DNA of 64,000 bases from Flaccisagitta enflata (GCA_965153355.1 OZ231126.1:49352001-49416000); one strand, 5' to 3'. Counted from the first letter of the stretch, positions 42,424-57,554 are shown. The notes: generated from the letters alone by a model not told the origin. Made by a program: numbers and translations.

Positions 42424-43240
42424 AACAGACAGACAGAGACAGACAGACAGAGACACAGACAGAAACAGAGAGAGACAGAGAGAGACAGAGAGACAGAGAC
42501 AGTGAGAGAAACAGTGTATGTAGGCTGATGAGCCCCATGTTTTAGTGCATTATTTTTGCTCATCTTTAATCAAACTGAACAAAAGAAAATAATACATTCT
42601 CTCCTTGTGTCTTTTTCTTTTTCTCTCTCCATCATACTATCCTAGCATTACACTGAGTGTCATATACTGAATCACATTTTTTCTGAAAAAAACTGAGCTT
42701 ACTTTGTTTAGCTAGAAAGAGAACCGGATCCGGTTCCAAACCTGGAACAGGATCCCAAAATTATTCTCTCAGGTTCCTAAGAAAGAAATAAAAGGAAGGA
42801 ACCGGAACTGCTCAAAGTAGTAGAAATGTCCTGGTTCCAATACAATTGGATCCATGTTCCATTAATGACAGCCTAAATGTGTTGTGTTGGGGCCTCCAAT
42901 GAAATTGATAGGGTAAGTAAATTTGATAATTCTCTTTCATTTGGCGCCAAGCAGAATTATCTACGACAAATATTTTTCCCGTTATGATTTTTTAAAGATC
43001 TATTTATGAAAATCTCAAATTAAATTTGTTTTTTGATTTTTCATGATTTTAAGTAGGATCAATAAAAAAGTGTATTTATATTTGTTTGAGCATGCAAATA
43101 CCTGAAAACATATTTATGAGCATGGCTGCTCATCTGTTAGGGTGTTTTTGAGCATTTTAGTTCATTTAGCTCATTTAGCTCAGTCTTTTTGTTTGATGTT
43201 AATGCGATAAATGAATAAATATTTTGTCACATGTTTGAGC

Positions 43241-43880
43241 TAGAGATGCAGAAGCGGAAGCGGAAGCGGAAGCGGAAGCGGGTGGAAGCGGTAGTTTGAG
43301 CATGGAAGCGGAAGCGGAAGCGGAAGCGCAATTTTAAAATTAAGTGGAAGCGGAAGCGGAAGCGAAAACTTTTTTTGAAGCCTAATGGAAGCGGAAGCGG
43401 AAGCGAAAGGACATAATCAAGCGCTTCCGCTTCCGCTTCCGCTTCCACTAGATCCTGAAAATATTTTGACAATAATCATGTCAGTTTTGATGATACTTGT
43501 CTTAGTATACTTTATTCATTTTTTTTTTTTTTTTGTGTTATTATTTTTTTTTTATTGCTTTTGTATATTTTTCCTTCATCTGTTTGTCTCTGTTGGTCTA
43601 TATTTTTTTATTCTCCTTTCACTTTATCTGATTTTTTTCTGTCTGTCTGTATATCTCTTTCTGTCTGTCTGTCTGTCTTTTGCTGATTCACTCTCTCTTT
43701 TTCTCTTCGTCTCTCGGGGAAGCGCCTGTCCTCGAAAATTTTCCTGTGGCCTAATTTCGAAAATTAATTTTGGCCTAATGGTGAAAAATTTTTTTATCCA
43801 TTGCGCCAATTTAAATAAAAGTTATGACTTGGATACAAAAATATATGCGCCTAACTTAAAAAAAGGAGAAAAGGCAGAGA

Positions 43881-43946
<66 letters not shown>

Positions 43947-44416
43947 TATAGAGAGAGAAAGAGAGATAGAGAGAGAGAGAGGAGAGACTTAAAAACAGTG
44001 ACAAAGGTAAGAACAGTGAGAGAAATTAAAAGTAATAAATATAATAAAAAGGAAGGCAAAAAAATCATTGCTTTAACAAAATGCCTAATGACCTTTTTTA
44101 ACATTGCCTCTACTGGGGTAGCCTTGTATCCACTCTTGTTATTTTTATATATTCATAAAACTATTGTTACTAACAAAACTTACATTGCCCTTTCATCAAT
44201 TTTCAAAAAATCATAACTATTTTGTTGATTTAAAATATTTTTGCAATATCATTTTTTATTCTTTTTTTATTTTTAAAAACTAATCTATAAAGAAAAACAA
44301 CACTTCATCAAGCAACAAAAACACTTAAAATCAACCAAAAACAGTTTTTTTTTCTTACTTATTTCTCTCATGCATACTTTTTTGTTTTTCTCTCTATTTG
44401 TATTTTTGCCTTATCC

Positions 44417-44492
<76 letters not shown>

Positions 44493-45467
44493 ATGAAAAT
44501 TTTCCTTGAAATTGGCTTAATAGTGAAAAAAATATTTTCATTAGGCCAATTTCTGATGATATTTTCTATTATGCTTTCGCCATTAGAGATACACCTTCTC
44601 TCTCTCGCTTTCTCTTTTCTCTCTCTCTCTCTCTCTCTCTGTGTGTCTCTCTCTTCTCTCTTTTCTTTCTTGACTCTCAGTCTGTTTATCTATCTTTCTG
44701 TCTGTCTTTTTTTTCTCTCTCTCACTTTCTCTTTTTCTGTCTCTTTTTTTCTCTCTCTCTCTCGCTCTCTCGCTCTAGCTCTCTCTTGCTCCCTCTTTCT
44801 CTCTTCATTTATTCAAGTTGATTGGTTAATTAGAAAGGAGCAAGACTCATATACCTTAAGACCTTATTTCATAAATTTTTGAAAAACAAAAGCCAATAGA
44901 TGATCCAATGATGTCTTTAACAAATATACAAATTTAAGAAAAAAATGATTTCAAAGATTAGTTGAAAGGTATAGAATAAATAAATAGATGAATAAATATA
45001 TGAATAATTAAATAAACAAATGAATACAAAATGATTGTTTAAACTCATTGCAATAACTAATAACAGCAAAAAAATTGTATTGATATCTATGTCATTAACA
45101 TATTTTCTATTATCTTTTATATTTCCTTATATTTTATCCCCTCTCTTTTTTTACATAAAAAAACATTTTACATGACTTAGATAAATGTTATAGCGGACTA
45201 GCGACTCTATAAGAGGCTTTGTCTGTCCGTCTGTTGGTCAGTCGGTCGGTCGGTCGGTTTGTTGGTTGGTCCGTGGTGATCGAGTTTGAAAGTTTGAAAA
45301 CGCGCATTTCCGCCCCTGCCCACTTGTCCGCGACTGGTATTGGCCGTGTATCCGGCCTTGTTGAAATGGTGGAAGCGGAAGCGGAAGCGGAAGCTGTCAA
45401 TTCTTAAATATGCCTTTTGGAAGCGGAAGCGGAAGCGGTCCAAAAATCTACCGCTTCTGCATCTCTA
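43241..45467. mobile_element. Non-autonomous hAT-like DNA transposon (2227 bp)
   Basis: 17-bp perfect TIR TAGAGATGCAGAAGCGG / CCGCTTCTGCATCTCTA; exact 8-bp TSD GTTTGAGC (43233-43240, 45468-45475); subterminal (GGAAGC)n arrays; no transposase ORF. Confidence 0.92.
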
Positions 45468-46396
45468 GTTTGAGCAAGCAGATGTGAGAAAGCATATCAG
45501 TAAGCAGACCGCTCATCTGTGAGGGTGTTTTTAAGCATTGTAGCTCTTTTAGCTCATTTAGCTGAATCTTTTTTTCTGATTCTAAATATGCAAATACAAG
45601 AAAGCATGTTAGTAAGCATAGCTGATTATCTGATTTTGAGTATTTTAGCTAATCTAGCTTATTTGGCTCAAATCTATTTTTCCCTGATTTTCAGTGCTAT
45701 CAATATATACAATTGCTCTTGATTTGATCTAACAAGTAAAAAAAATTGCAGTGACTGAAAACAAAAGCTTGGTAAAATGTGACCGATGCTTACAACTTTT
45801 TTCCTCACGGCGACAGCCGCCATTACTGGTACTAACTAGAACAGAGAAGAAAACAATCTTCAATCTAATTACGGGACCGCGAGTTTGGAATGTTCATCAC
45901 AACCGGTTGTGGTTGTGGTTAAGATGATAGATTTGGATCATTTTGGCTGCAAAATTAAGCTAGTCTTTTGAAATGTGACTAAAAATCCATGAGATAAGTA
46001 AAAGAAAGTTCAAGAGCTAACCAGAAATGCAATCTGCTTGTTTCTATCATTTATTGGTAAAATTTGACAGTAAATCTAAGATGGAAGGGCATGAGCAAAA
46101 ACAAATCCTATTTTTTTGCCATTTTTGAAAGTACAAAATCAACTTCAAAATAATGGCATTTCTGAACAATTTGATGGACAGAGCTATAGCGGAAGCGACC
46201 AGCCAAATGAAGACAATTTTAAATATCATTAAATGATGATTTTTTAAACTAAAAATAGGTTTATTCATTTTTATAAATGATATTTTTGCATGAAAGATAG
46301 TTGATATCTCACCTAAATGTAAGAAAAATGAAGATAAATGATGAAAAAATTGTGGATTTATAAAGAAAATTTGATTTTGCAATCAGAGTTGTCTTG

Positions 46397-46535
46397 GGTG
46401 AAATTCTAAGCCGGCTTCTAATTTGATAAATTTGCATTTCCAAAAACATAGCTCTATTCTAAAAACATAAAAGAATAGGGCCATGTTCTTAGAAATGCAA
46501 AAATTTGCATCTGGAGACCGTCTTAGAATTTCACC
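46397..46535. mobile_element. Small palindromic element
   Basis: GGTGAAATTCTAAG ... CTTAGAATTTCACC with inner TTTGCATTTC / GAAATGCAAA pairing. Confidence 0.6.
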
Positions 46536-47608
46536 TAACTGCTTCTTAAATTTTTGCAACTGTATTTTCAGCGAATTCTTGCAAATGAGTGATTGTTTCT
46601 GTCTCTCACCAATGCAATATCAAATCTCTTGGTTTGTTTTTATTCTTAACCATTATGTGAATAATAAAACTAAAAAAAAACAAAATATATTTTGATATGT
46701 TATAATTTAAAAGTAAAGCAGGTTATGAATATGTATGGTTGCCTAATTTTGCCTTCGTTTGCACTGTGACGTAATCAAAGCGTTATCTTGAAGCTTCATG
46801 AACGAATCTCAATACATTTCGCTATGAAACGTTAAGTCTACAAGTCACATGCGGACTTTTGGATTCAACTTTTTAGGTGCGCCATAGCACCTCTTTATTC
46901 TTTAAGAGGCTCTGTATGTTGGTCGGTTGGTTGGTCCGTCGGTCACGCTCGAGTTGAAAATCATAGAAAATGATTAAAATCTCATTCATCATTCATGTTA
47001 CTTGATATTTTATTCATAACCATATTCAGCTACAGTTACGTTTGATAGAGCCAGTCCGTCGGTCTGTTGGTCGGTTCATCGCTCTAGAGTGCAAAATCGC
47101 AGAAAATGTTTAAAAATCTCATAAAAACGGTTTTTTTCGCCTTTGGTCCTATATGCCATGAAAAAATTTTCGCCTTTGGTTATTTTCGCTATCAGAAGAT
47201 ACACCCAAAAAATGTATACTCCCAGCCCCAAAATGGCAAAACTTCCTAAAATGGCCCCAAACCGAAAATGGAAAACTTTATTTTTCTCTTCCACGTTTCA
47301 AAAAGTAGAATTACGTAATTCGACTTTTTTCCAACAATAAACGAGAATAGAACCTGAAAAAAAAAACACGGGAAAAATGGTTAAAGAAAAAAGATTCATG
47401 CCAATAAATCAGATCAGTCGGTGATGGAAGCAAAACGTCATTGGAAACCGGAGTACAACCATCATCAATCTTCCGAGATGGACAGGGGTTAATTTCCAAG
47501 GGTCAATACTGGTAGTAAGAAACGTAGGTTAAAGGGTGTAATCATGGGATAGACTCGAATCGTTTTACATTCAGTTTTCCAGTTTGCTTGTCATTGATTT
47601 ATTGTTCC

Positions 47609-47665
<57 letters not shown>

Positions 47666-47817
47666 CGTCCTTTTCTGTGTGTCCTCTGTCTCTTTGTCTC
47701 TTTGTCTCTTTCTGTCTCTATCTCTTTCTTTCTCTGTCACATAGTGTCTCTGTCCATGTCTCTACCCCTGATCTGACTGTCTGTCTGTCAGTCTGTATGT
47801 CAGTCTGTCTGACTGTA

Positions 47818-47872
<55 letters not shown>

Positions 47873-47874
47873 GA

Positions 47875-47913
<39 letters not shown>

Positions 47914-48171
47914 ATAACTCATCCGTCATTTTCTTTTGTCAAGGAATTTTTAGGGAGATCCGAATCAATTGACAGCTACTCCGATGGTCAAAAACTGGTG
48001 ACACTTCTAGGAATTCGCTTTTTGATCGACGAGCGGCGAATTCATCATTTCTATCATTTCTATCATTTCCATCATTTCCATCGCATCTCTTGTCTTGGGG
48101 AGATCGATGTACAGAGTCACTGCACCGGGTCTTGACACAGAAATCTGTCATCAACGTCAAAATGCAACCGG

Positions 48172-48281
<110 letters not shown>

Positions 48282-48360
48282 GATGCTTCAAGGCATTCGT
48301 TTGATTTTGTGTACTGGAAAAGCACGCCAGTGTGTGTGTGTGTGTTTGTGTGTGTGTGAC

Positions 48361-48441
<81 letters not shown>

Positions 48442-49195
48442 AATAGAGACAGACAGACAGACAGAGACAGACAGGGAGAGACAGATAGACAGAGACAGAC
48501 AGAGACAGAGAGACAGAGAGACCGAGAGACAGCGACAGGCAGAGACAGGCTGAGTCAGACAGACAAGAAAGACAAAGAGACAAAGAGAGACAGATGGACA
48601 AGGAAAAAAGATAGATTAAAGAATAAACTTTAAACTAAAAGGCCGGGAGAAAAAAACACAACAATATGGTGGTCTGAAAAAAGTAAACGCAACCCACTTG
48701 AGAAAAAAATGTTTAGATATTCATCCTACAAGCAGACAGGAAAAAAAGCAAGAGCTTTAAAATAGGATGTAATAGATTTACTGAGAATAAATTCTTTTGA
48801 CACAACCCCACAACCAATTCCCACGTGAACTCATAACCCCAACACCGAGATAGACACGTGTCTATTGTCTAATGTTGGTCCGCAGAAAGATGATTCGATG
48901 GGGCATCATCAAAAGACATCAAAGGGATCGACGTATTAAGACTCGTCTGATCATCTCCGTGGCTTCAACAGATATCTAGTTTGATCATCCTTTTAAATCA
49001 ACTCTATGAATAACATGGACAGGTCATTTCCTATGATCACTCCTTTGATTGACCATTTCAAATCATTACTAACGCTTAGATCATACCTCTCTGGGTCAAC
49101 AAAGGATCGCCTTTACAGAGCATTTCCTCTTTTAAGTTTACAAAGATCAATTTTCTGTTGATCATCCCCGCGATAAATGACCATCGCCACGAATA

Positions 49196-49424
49196 CTATC
49201 TTGCTACTAAATATATCAACATCTGAAAAGAAGCATCAACTTTGGAAGAGTACTGCTCCTAAACGAATAAAACTACAATTACCAGATTGGTCTTACTTTA
49301 ATGATTTGTTTGAACTTTTTAAAATGCGACCAATCTGGTAATTGTAGCTTTATTCGTTTAGCAGCAGTACTCTTCCAAATTTGATGCTTCTTTTCAGATG
49401 TTGATATATTTATTAGCAAGATAG
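49196..49424. mobile_element. Fold-back MITE with CTATCT ends, inserted in a GATCA-rich minisatellite
   Basis: TA|CTATCTTGCTA ... TAGCAAGATAG|TA with about 95-bp arms. Confidence 0.85.
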
Positions 49425-49426
49425 TA

Positions 49427-49850
49427 GCCTTTTTGGATCACCTTTGAGGATCACTACCACAAGATCACTTCTTCAGATCATCCCCGTGAGTCATTATCAA
49501 TAACCATCCTCACGAATTGCCTCTTTGGATCACTACCACAAGATCACTTCTTCAGATCATCCCCGTGGGTCATAATCAATAACCATCCCCACAAATAGCC
49601 TCTTAAGATCACCTTTGGGGATCACTACCACAAGATCACTTCTTCAGATCATCCCCGTGGGTCATAATCAATAACCATCCCCACAAACAGCCTCTTTGGA
49701 TCACCTTTGAGGATCACTACCACTAGATCACTTCTTCAGATCATCCTGGTGGGTCAAAATCAATGACCATCCCCACAAATAGCCTCTTAAGATCACCTTT
49801 GAGGATCACTACCACTAGATCACTTCTTCAGATCATCGCCGTGGATTATC
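49427..49850. repeat. ~87-bp minisatellite built from GATCA sub-repeats
   Basis: About 5 units of GATCACTACCACAAGATCACTTCTTCAGATCATCCCCGTG...; degenerate continuation at about 48900-49190. Confidence 0.85.
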
Positions 49851-51032
49851 ACCGATCTTCCATGAATCTCCCGCGACGATAAGCCCGGCAAAGGATACCC
49901 CCCAACGTGATGCCCCGAAATGATTGCCGATTTCGGGATCACCGTCACCTTTTTCATCGTGGTTTATCGGGACTTTTATTGATACCACATTGATCATAGA
50001 CTTAGTACCGTTCAGAGCGTGTTCGGCCGATTTCTGTCTGGGTCTCTGAAAAAGAAAGCGTCTGTCTACTCCTTGAACAGATATTCTTCTTATGACACAA
50101 TCCTAATAAAATAAAACCATAGGCCATAACGCACACACGGGCCATATGGCCCATATGGCCCTTCTGGCCCTTATACGGTAGCCCATTGGTCACAACACCC
50201 AAATGCCATGGTAACACAATCAATATCCAGTTAAACAACAACGACAACCACAATGAGGAAAAAAACAACCAGCATCTGACACTAATAACGCATCATTGCT
50301 AAGTACATATTGTACGGACCACACTCGAGAAAGCAATGTTATTATATTTAGAGGGCGTCGATATTCAATGTATATATTTCGGAATACTAAACAGTAAATT
50401 CCCAGTGGTCTCGAACTTGGTAATCCCATGAGAATCCGCGAGACGGGTCAGAGTAATCAAAAAGTCTAATGAGCGGAACAGTCGACCAACCAGCACAGAA
50501 AATCGCACTTTAGCCTAGGAACCGGTCATGAAATACAATATCTATTTTCATTGGATCAGTCAATTAACATACTAAAAAAGTAACTGAACTCAGTTCTAAA
50601 TGATAGTATGGTTATTGGGCAACAAGGAAAATCGTGAAATCTAATTGCTGCCGAGTCTGCTAAGTCTACCACTAGACTTTCAAAAGAAAAAAAAAGTAAC
50701 GAGGTGTTACAATGACGTCGCGGACGGGCATACAATCCATTAACCTATCCAGACTGCCGCACACAAACTCAAACACACACTCACACACAAACACTCACCA
50801 TCATTCTTTCACATTTTCCAACTCGTTCATTACGGACCAATAGATGGACCAACAGAGGGAGTGAGGGACGGACCAACGGGTGGACAAAACCATTTATGAA
50901 TAGAGTCCCGAGTCCGCCACTAAAAAAGAAAAAAAAGAGACATAATGAGAACGAAAATGAATCCATTAAACTAGGGAGCTTCTTTAAATGGTTACGCCAT
51001 GCGCAGTTTTCTCTCTCTTTCTCTTTCTCTTT

Positions 51033-51067
<35 letters not shown>

Positions 51068-51459
51068 GGGCGAAGTCAGGTAGGAATTTATGATAAATGA
51101 CAAGACCCTTCATTCTTCTGTCCCTCAAACGTTTAATTGCCTAACTCGTGCTGGTTGTCATCTTCATCATCCCTAAACATATCTGTCGTGCCGCGAATCC
51201 CGCATCTGTATGAACCCGTTCGCTCGGACTTATTCGCTTAAAAAAGTTCCATCGCCAAGTATTTTCATACCACCCATATCGAATTGCCATGTTATTGCGT
51301 TCATTCATGATGCAAACAACATACATTGCTTTCATCATTTCGTTCAAAGATGCTTCTTCTCAGAGGGTATGTCCATCCATCCATGTCACTCTATGGTATT
51401 CAACATCTCCATTTGACAATTTAGGTAACTCAAACGTTGGTTGCCAGCAGTTAATAATA

Positions 51460-51882
51460 CACGCTTTTCTTTTTATAAGAACACTGTTTATAAGAACGTC
51501 AGCCTCAGATTTGGCCAAAAAATAAAAACATCTTAAGAATATGCTGAGCCTTTAATTTAAGTTAAGAATAATATTTCTTTCAAAAAACTGGCAAAATTAG
51601 ATGAAAAACCCTCAATGATTGATATTTTGATAATGATTTTTAAAATGATAATTCATTATTCATTAAATATCAATCTTATATTTCTTTTTATATAATGAAA
51701 ATGTCTTTTTTTACAATTGCTTAAAATATACTAATATAGTAATATAAACATATAGTTATAAAAAAATAATCTTATTCAAAAATAAGAACATGTTAAGAAC
51801 GCTTAAGCCTTAAAACGGGGCTAGAAATAAGAACGCTGAGGCTGACTTCAAAAATCCATGTTCTGATAAAATGAAAAGCGTG
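51460..51882. mobile_element. MITE family B
   Basis: TA|CACGCTTTTC ... GAAAAGCGTG|TA with internal TAAGAAC/GCCTCA motifs. Confidence 0.78.
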
Positions 51883-52323
51883 TACTTTCGGTAACAGCTT
51901 GTTTTAATGACGACGCATGACGGGTCGTTCTTGCATGGTTAATTGTACCTTAATGGCTAATTAGTCTTCGCCATCACTGTCCCTGCTGGTTCAAGGAGGC
52001 AGCAGTTACGTAGTGATAATGGCCTTAAGCTAACCATGTAAGACATAAAGAACGAGATAATGATGCATATCAAGCCACCGATTAAAGCCTGACTTGAAAA
52101 GAAAAGTTAACTGCAAAGTATGTTAATCTATCAGTCAGGTGTGATTCAACATTTGTCTGTTTTACATCTTTTTCCACTTATTCCTATTCAGCTTCTATTT
52201 CATTTTCATCTGATACAATTCCTTTTTCTCCTCCATCAGTCATTTCCTTTTTCTTTTTCTGTTTTTCTTTCTTCCTCTCCTTCTTCTTCTTCTTCTTCTT
52301 CTTCTTCTTCTTCTTCTTCTTCT

Positions 52324-52405
<82 letters not shown>

Positions 52406-52820
52406 TCTTCTTCTTCCTTCTTCTTCTTCTTCACACACCAAATATACGTATATATGAATCATTATGAGCAATCTCTCCTTGCTCCCCACCACCACCATCC
52501 CCTCTTCTTCCTCGTCCTCCACCACCACACCCACCACTACCAACTCCACCACCACCACCTCCTCCTCCTCTCGATTTCCTTTGAAGCAAGCCGCGTCGCC
52601 GCCTATCTTTCTTCAGATCTCAGCCGACTTTTCGAGGTTCGGCTCATCACAAGGCGGTTAATTAACCAGTTTTGGGATATCAACACTTAATAATCTTTCC
52701 TCGTTTCTCTTTTCTTTTCTGTTTTATCTCTTTTTTTCTCTTCTCGTCTTTCTGCCATCGCGCGTTTCTCGACGCATTGGCTTGTGTATCGTTGCCTTCT
52801 TTCTGGCCTATTCTGCTCTC

Positions 52821-52881
<61 letters not shown>

Positions 52882-53084
52882 CAAACTCATGTACGGAAGG
52901 TGTTTCTCTTTTCTTTTCTTTCCTTTATTTGTTTTATTGTGCCTTTTTGTTTCATTCTTTTTTTTCTTTTTTTCTTTTTCAGACTCTTTCTTCATCTCAT
53001 CAATCTATGTAGGTATGTATGTATGTATGTATGTATTTATGTATGTATGTATGTATGTATGTATGTATGTATCTATCTTTCTAT

Positions 53085-53144
<60 letters not shown>

Positions 53145-53196
53145 TAATCTACCAATCCATTCATTTTGTATGTTTACCTCTTTACCTATCTATCCT

Positions 53197-53232
<36 letters not shown>

Positions 53233-53658
53233 CACTCTTTTCTTTGACTAAGAACCTAGTTTATAAGAACATTGAGGCTCAGATGTGGAAAAAGATAAGA
53301 ACAATCATAAGAACATTGCCAGCCTCACAACGGAGGATTACAAGAATATCATTCTTTTGTTGCTCTAGGTTAATGTAGGAACTGCAGTAAACAAAAAGAA
53401 TTGTGACTGCTTTATTGTAGTAATTGACATTATTCAGTCTGACATTGAAATCTGATATGTTTGTGATTAATATTTTAGTTCTTCTGTCCTTTCAATTAGC
53501 CATCAAAGCAAGGTAACCAGATCAGAGAACATTCCTGTGTAAGCTGGCAATTGAAAAAAAAGAACATCCCAAGAACAATTTGAGGCTCATATTGCCTTAA
53601 GAATAAGAACATTGAGCCTCAGAAAAAAATCACATGTTCTTATAAGAAAAAAAGAGTG
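53233..53658. mobile_element. MITE family B inserted in a (TATC)n tract
   Basis: TA|CACTCTTTT ... AAAAGAGTG|TA; (TATC)n continues on both sides. Confidence 0.8.
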
Positions 53659-53796
53659 TATCTATCTATCTATCTATCTATCTCTCAATCTATCTATCTA
53701 TTTATCTATCAATCTATCTATCTTTCTTTCTTTGTACCTACAAATCCTTTCTTTAGTACTCTGTTTTTCCAACTGTACTAAATACTCTTTCTTTTT

Positions 53797-53880
<84 letters not shown>

Positions 53881-54069
53881 TTCCTTTCTTTCTTTCTTTC
53901 TTTCTTTCTTTTGCCTCATGCCTTTCTATTTTCCTTTACATGAATGGCCGCTCTCGCTCATTTCTCTCAATCCCCAAGTGTTGACCAGCAGTTAGGATCA
54001 TCGGAGGGATTTTTATGGGGGTTCGGCGGCCAGCTTTTGATCGTCACCTGCATCCACATCAGCTGAACC

Positions 54070-54166
<97 letters not shown>

Positions 54167-54327
54167 ACACACACACACACACACAGACACACAGACAGAC
54201 ACAGACAGACACAGACAGACACAGACAGACACAGACAGACACAGACAGACACAGTCAGACACAGACAGACACAGACAGACACAGACATACATGTAGCGAG
54301 GATATAGATTCAGAAAAAAGATGAAAG

Positions 54328-54374
<47 letters not shown>

Positions 54375-54485
54375 ATCATTTGGGTTTGACGATGTGCATA
54401 CTTTTTTGTACTAGTTTGGGCCCATGGCGCATGGCAAAAAAACTAAAAAAAAAAACAACAACAGCAACAACAACAACAGCAACAA

Positions 54486-54553
<68 letters not shown>

Positions 54554-54870
54554 TCTCGGGCATCTTCAGAAGACCATGTGCCTCAGTCTTTCAAAGCCTT
54601 TCTCAGTCTTCATGACCATTGACCAATCATCTTTGAAATGAAACGTAAATCCTATTTTTGAGATCATTTACCATCGGATTGACCGATTTGAGATAGGATT
54701 TGGCGATCGAGTTTGTGTCCCTCGAATTTGTTGACGATGTTCTTTTTTTGTTTGTCGTTTTGTAGAGCTTTGAAAGAGGGGCTTGAAAAACAGTAGTTAC
54801 TCAAGAGAAAACAAATGAAAATCGACAATGGATAAAATTGAAAATAAGCAGGTTTTTATTTTAACATTTA

Positions 54871-55455
54871 CTATCTAGCTCATAAATATATCGACAAAAT
54901 AGGAATTAGTTGCTTTACTGACATAGAACTGATAAAAAAATCTTTAGAATCTATCAAATACTTAGTATTGCATATTTAGGTTTCAAAAATTACCCGAGCA
55001 TAGATTTTCTATGCATTTTAACACAAATTTATAGCATAAATGCATGACAACTCTTCCGTATTTGGGCGAGTTTTAAGATGATTCTCTAGCAAATGGTTGG
55101 TCCATCCTTTTGCTTCAATTGCAATCCAAATGACCCAGTGAGGTTGAAATTGACCACAAAAATATAGGAAGTGTTTGGCCTTGTAAAGAGGACCAAAAGT
55201 TAAGTGAAAAAACCTCCAATCTACTCTTTGTAACTCAATTCAGAAACTAAAAAGAAACAAGATGCATTATTTTTGCCATTTTTCAATTGGGGTATCGTTT
55301 TTGTTTTGCTTGTCAAATCTAAATGCCTTGAGCTAAAAGGATGCGGTTTGCGGCATTTGGTCAAAAATTTGAAGTAGTTTCAGAATCTTACTGATATTTA
55401 TTCTAAACCAAGTTATTGCTTTAAATGCTTGTTGATATATATATGAGCTAGATAG
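54871..55455. mobile_element. CTATCT-ended MITE
   Basis: TA|CTATCTAGCTCATAAATATATCGACAA ... TTGTTGATATATATATGAGCTAGATAG|TA. Confidence 0.75.
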
Positions 55456-55480
55456 TAACGTATGCTTGTTTTTGGGACTA

Positions 55481-57554
55481 CACTTTTTTTTTTATAAGAG
55501 ACTTTTTATAAGAGACATGAGGCTGAGATTTGCCAAAATTTTAAGAACAAAATAAGAGAATGCCCAGGCTGAGATACAGTTTTGGAAATTTTTTAGAAAT
55601 TCACCTCAAGAGTCGCACTAAAATAAATGACAATTATTCTAATTTTTTAATGAAATTTTTAATTTTTTTCTGGAGAAGACTACTTCTTTTATAATTTTGT
55701 TTTTCAAATTAGGCAAGTCATTCAATGCTCTGTAGTAATGTAAAAGCTTTAAACTAAAGATACATAGAATATCATTTAATAAGGTATCTTTACACTTTTT
55801 TGCTTGTTTTACGCATTAATAAAAATTAAGAACAATTTAAGAGACATTGAGCCTCAAAACGGCAAAAAAATTAAGAGAACCCAGGCTGAGTTCAAAAAAG
55901 GTTGTCTCTTATAAAAACAAGGCCAACACCTATAAGTCGCGTGCAGGACAAAAATAACTGAACTGACCTGACTCCTTATTGTATCTTTTTATCGAAAATC
56001 AGACTTAAACGCAACCCAAAACAGACCCAAACCAGACTCAAACCAGACTCAAACGAGACTCAAACGAGACTCAAACCAGACTCAAACAAGACTCAGACCA
56101 GAATTAAACCAGACCAAAAACAGACCTAAATCAGACATAAACCAGGCATAAACCAGACATAAACCAGATTTAAGCCAGACTCAAACCAGACTCAAACCAG
56201 ACTCAATCCAGACCCAAACCAGACTCAAACCAGACTCAAACCAGACTCAAACCAGACTCAAACCAGACTCAAACCAGACTCAAACCAGACTCAAACCAGA
56301 CTTAAACCAGACTTAAACCAGGCTCAAACCAGGCTCAAACCAGGCTCAAACCAGGCTCAAACCAGGCTCAAACCAGACTCAAACCAGACTCAAACCAGAC
56401 TCAAACCAGACTCAAACCAGACTCAAACCAGAATGAAACCAAACCAAAACCAGACCAAAACCAGACCAAAACCAGACCTAAATCAGACCTAAATCAAACA
56501 TAAACCAGACAAAAACCAGACATACACCAGACCTAAACCAGATCTAACCCAGACCTAAACCAGACATGAATCAGACATGAACCATTCTTAAACCAGACTT
56601 AAACCAGACTTAACCAGACTTAAACCATGCTTAAACCATACTTATCTTTAATATCATTTTAACCAGCAGACTTAAACCAGCAGACTTAAACCATTAGACC
56701 AGCAGACTTAAACCATTAGATTTAAACCAGAAGACTTAACCAGCAGACTTCAACCAGCAGATTTAAACCAGCAGACTTTAACCAGCAGACTTTACCCATT
56801 AGATTTAAACCAGCAGACTTAAACCAGCAGATTTAAACCAGCAGATTTAAACCAGCAGACTTTAACCATCAGACTTTACCCAGCAGACTTTAACCAGCAG
56901 ACTTTAACCAGCAGACTTTATGACCAAAGATGACCAAAGATGACCAAAAATGACCAAAATGACCAAAAACGACCAAAAAAAAACAAAAATGACCAAAAAT
57001 GACCAAAAATGACCAAAAATAATCAAAAATGACCAAAATGACCAAAATGACCAAAATGACCAAAATTGACCAAAATTGACCAAAATTGACCAAAAATGAC
57101 CAAAAATGATCAAAATGACCAAAAATGACCAAAAATGACCAAAATGACCAAAATGACCAAAATGACCAAAATGAACGAAATGACCAAAAATGACCAAATA
57201 TGACCAAGAATGACCAAAAATGACCAAAAATGGTCAAAAATGACCAAAATGACCAAAAATGACCAAAAATGACCAAGAATGACCAAAAATGACCAAAAAT
57301 GACCAAAAATGACCAAAAATGACCAAAATGACCAAAATGACCAAAATGACCAAAACTGACCAAAAATAACCAAAAATGACTAAAAGCAACCAATAATTCC
57401 CAAAAACAACAAAAAAATGACTCAAAATAACTCCAGACGACCCAAAAAGACGAAAAAAAGCAAAGTGTTACGGACCGACCGACCGACCAACGGACCGACC
57501 GACGGACCGACGGAGCGGGTTGTAGAGTCGCGTGCACGCGACTAAAAACAAGTG
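55481..57554. mobile_element. MITE family B copy with a satellite-bearing Helentron-like insertion in its right TIR
   Basis: TA|CACTTTTT...TATAAGAGAC start; right TIR split as CTCTTATAAAA / [55917-57546] / CAAGTG|TA. Confidence 0.75.
55917..57546 (-). mobile_element. Helentron-like element with a ~1.4-kb internal satellite
   Basis: Ends AACAAGGCCAACACCTATAAGTCGCGTGCA and AGAGTCGCGTGCACGCGACTAAAAA match the short sibling at 59719-60050 in reverse. Confidence 0.8.

Noticed and set aside
56890-57537. 215-aa FGHFWSFLVI-repeat ORF
   Set aside because: Translation of the TGACCAAAA satellite; mixed 9/10-bp units do not keep frame
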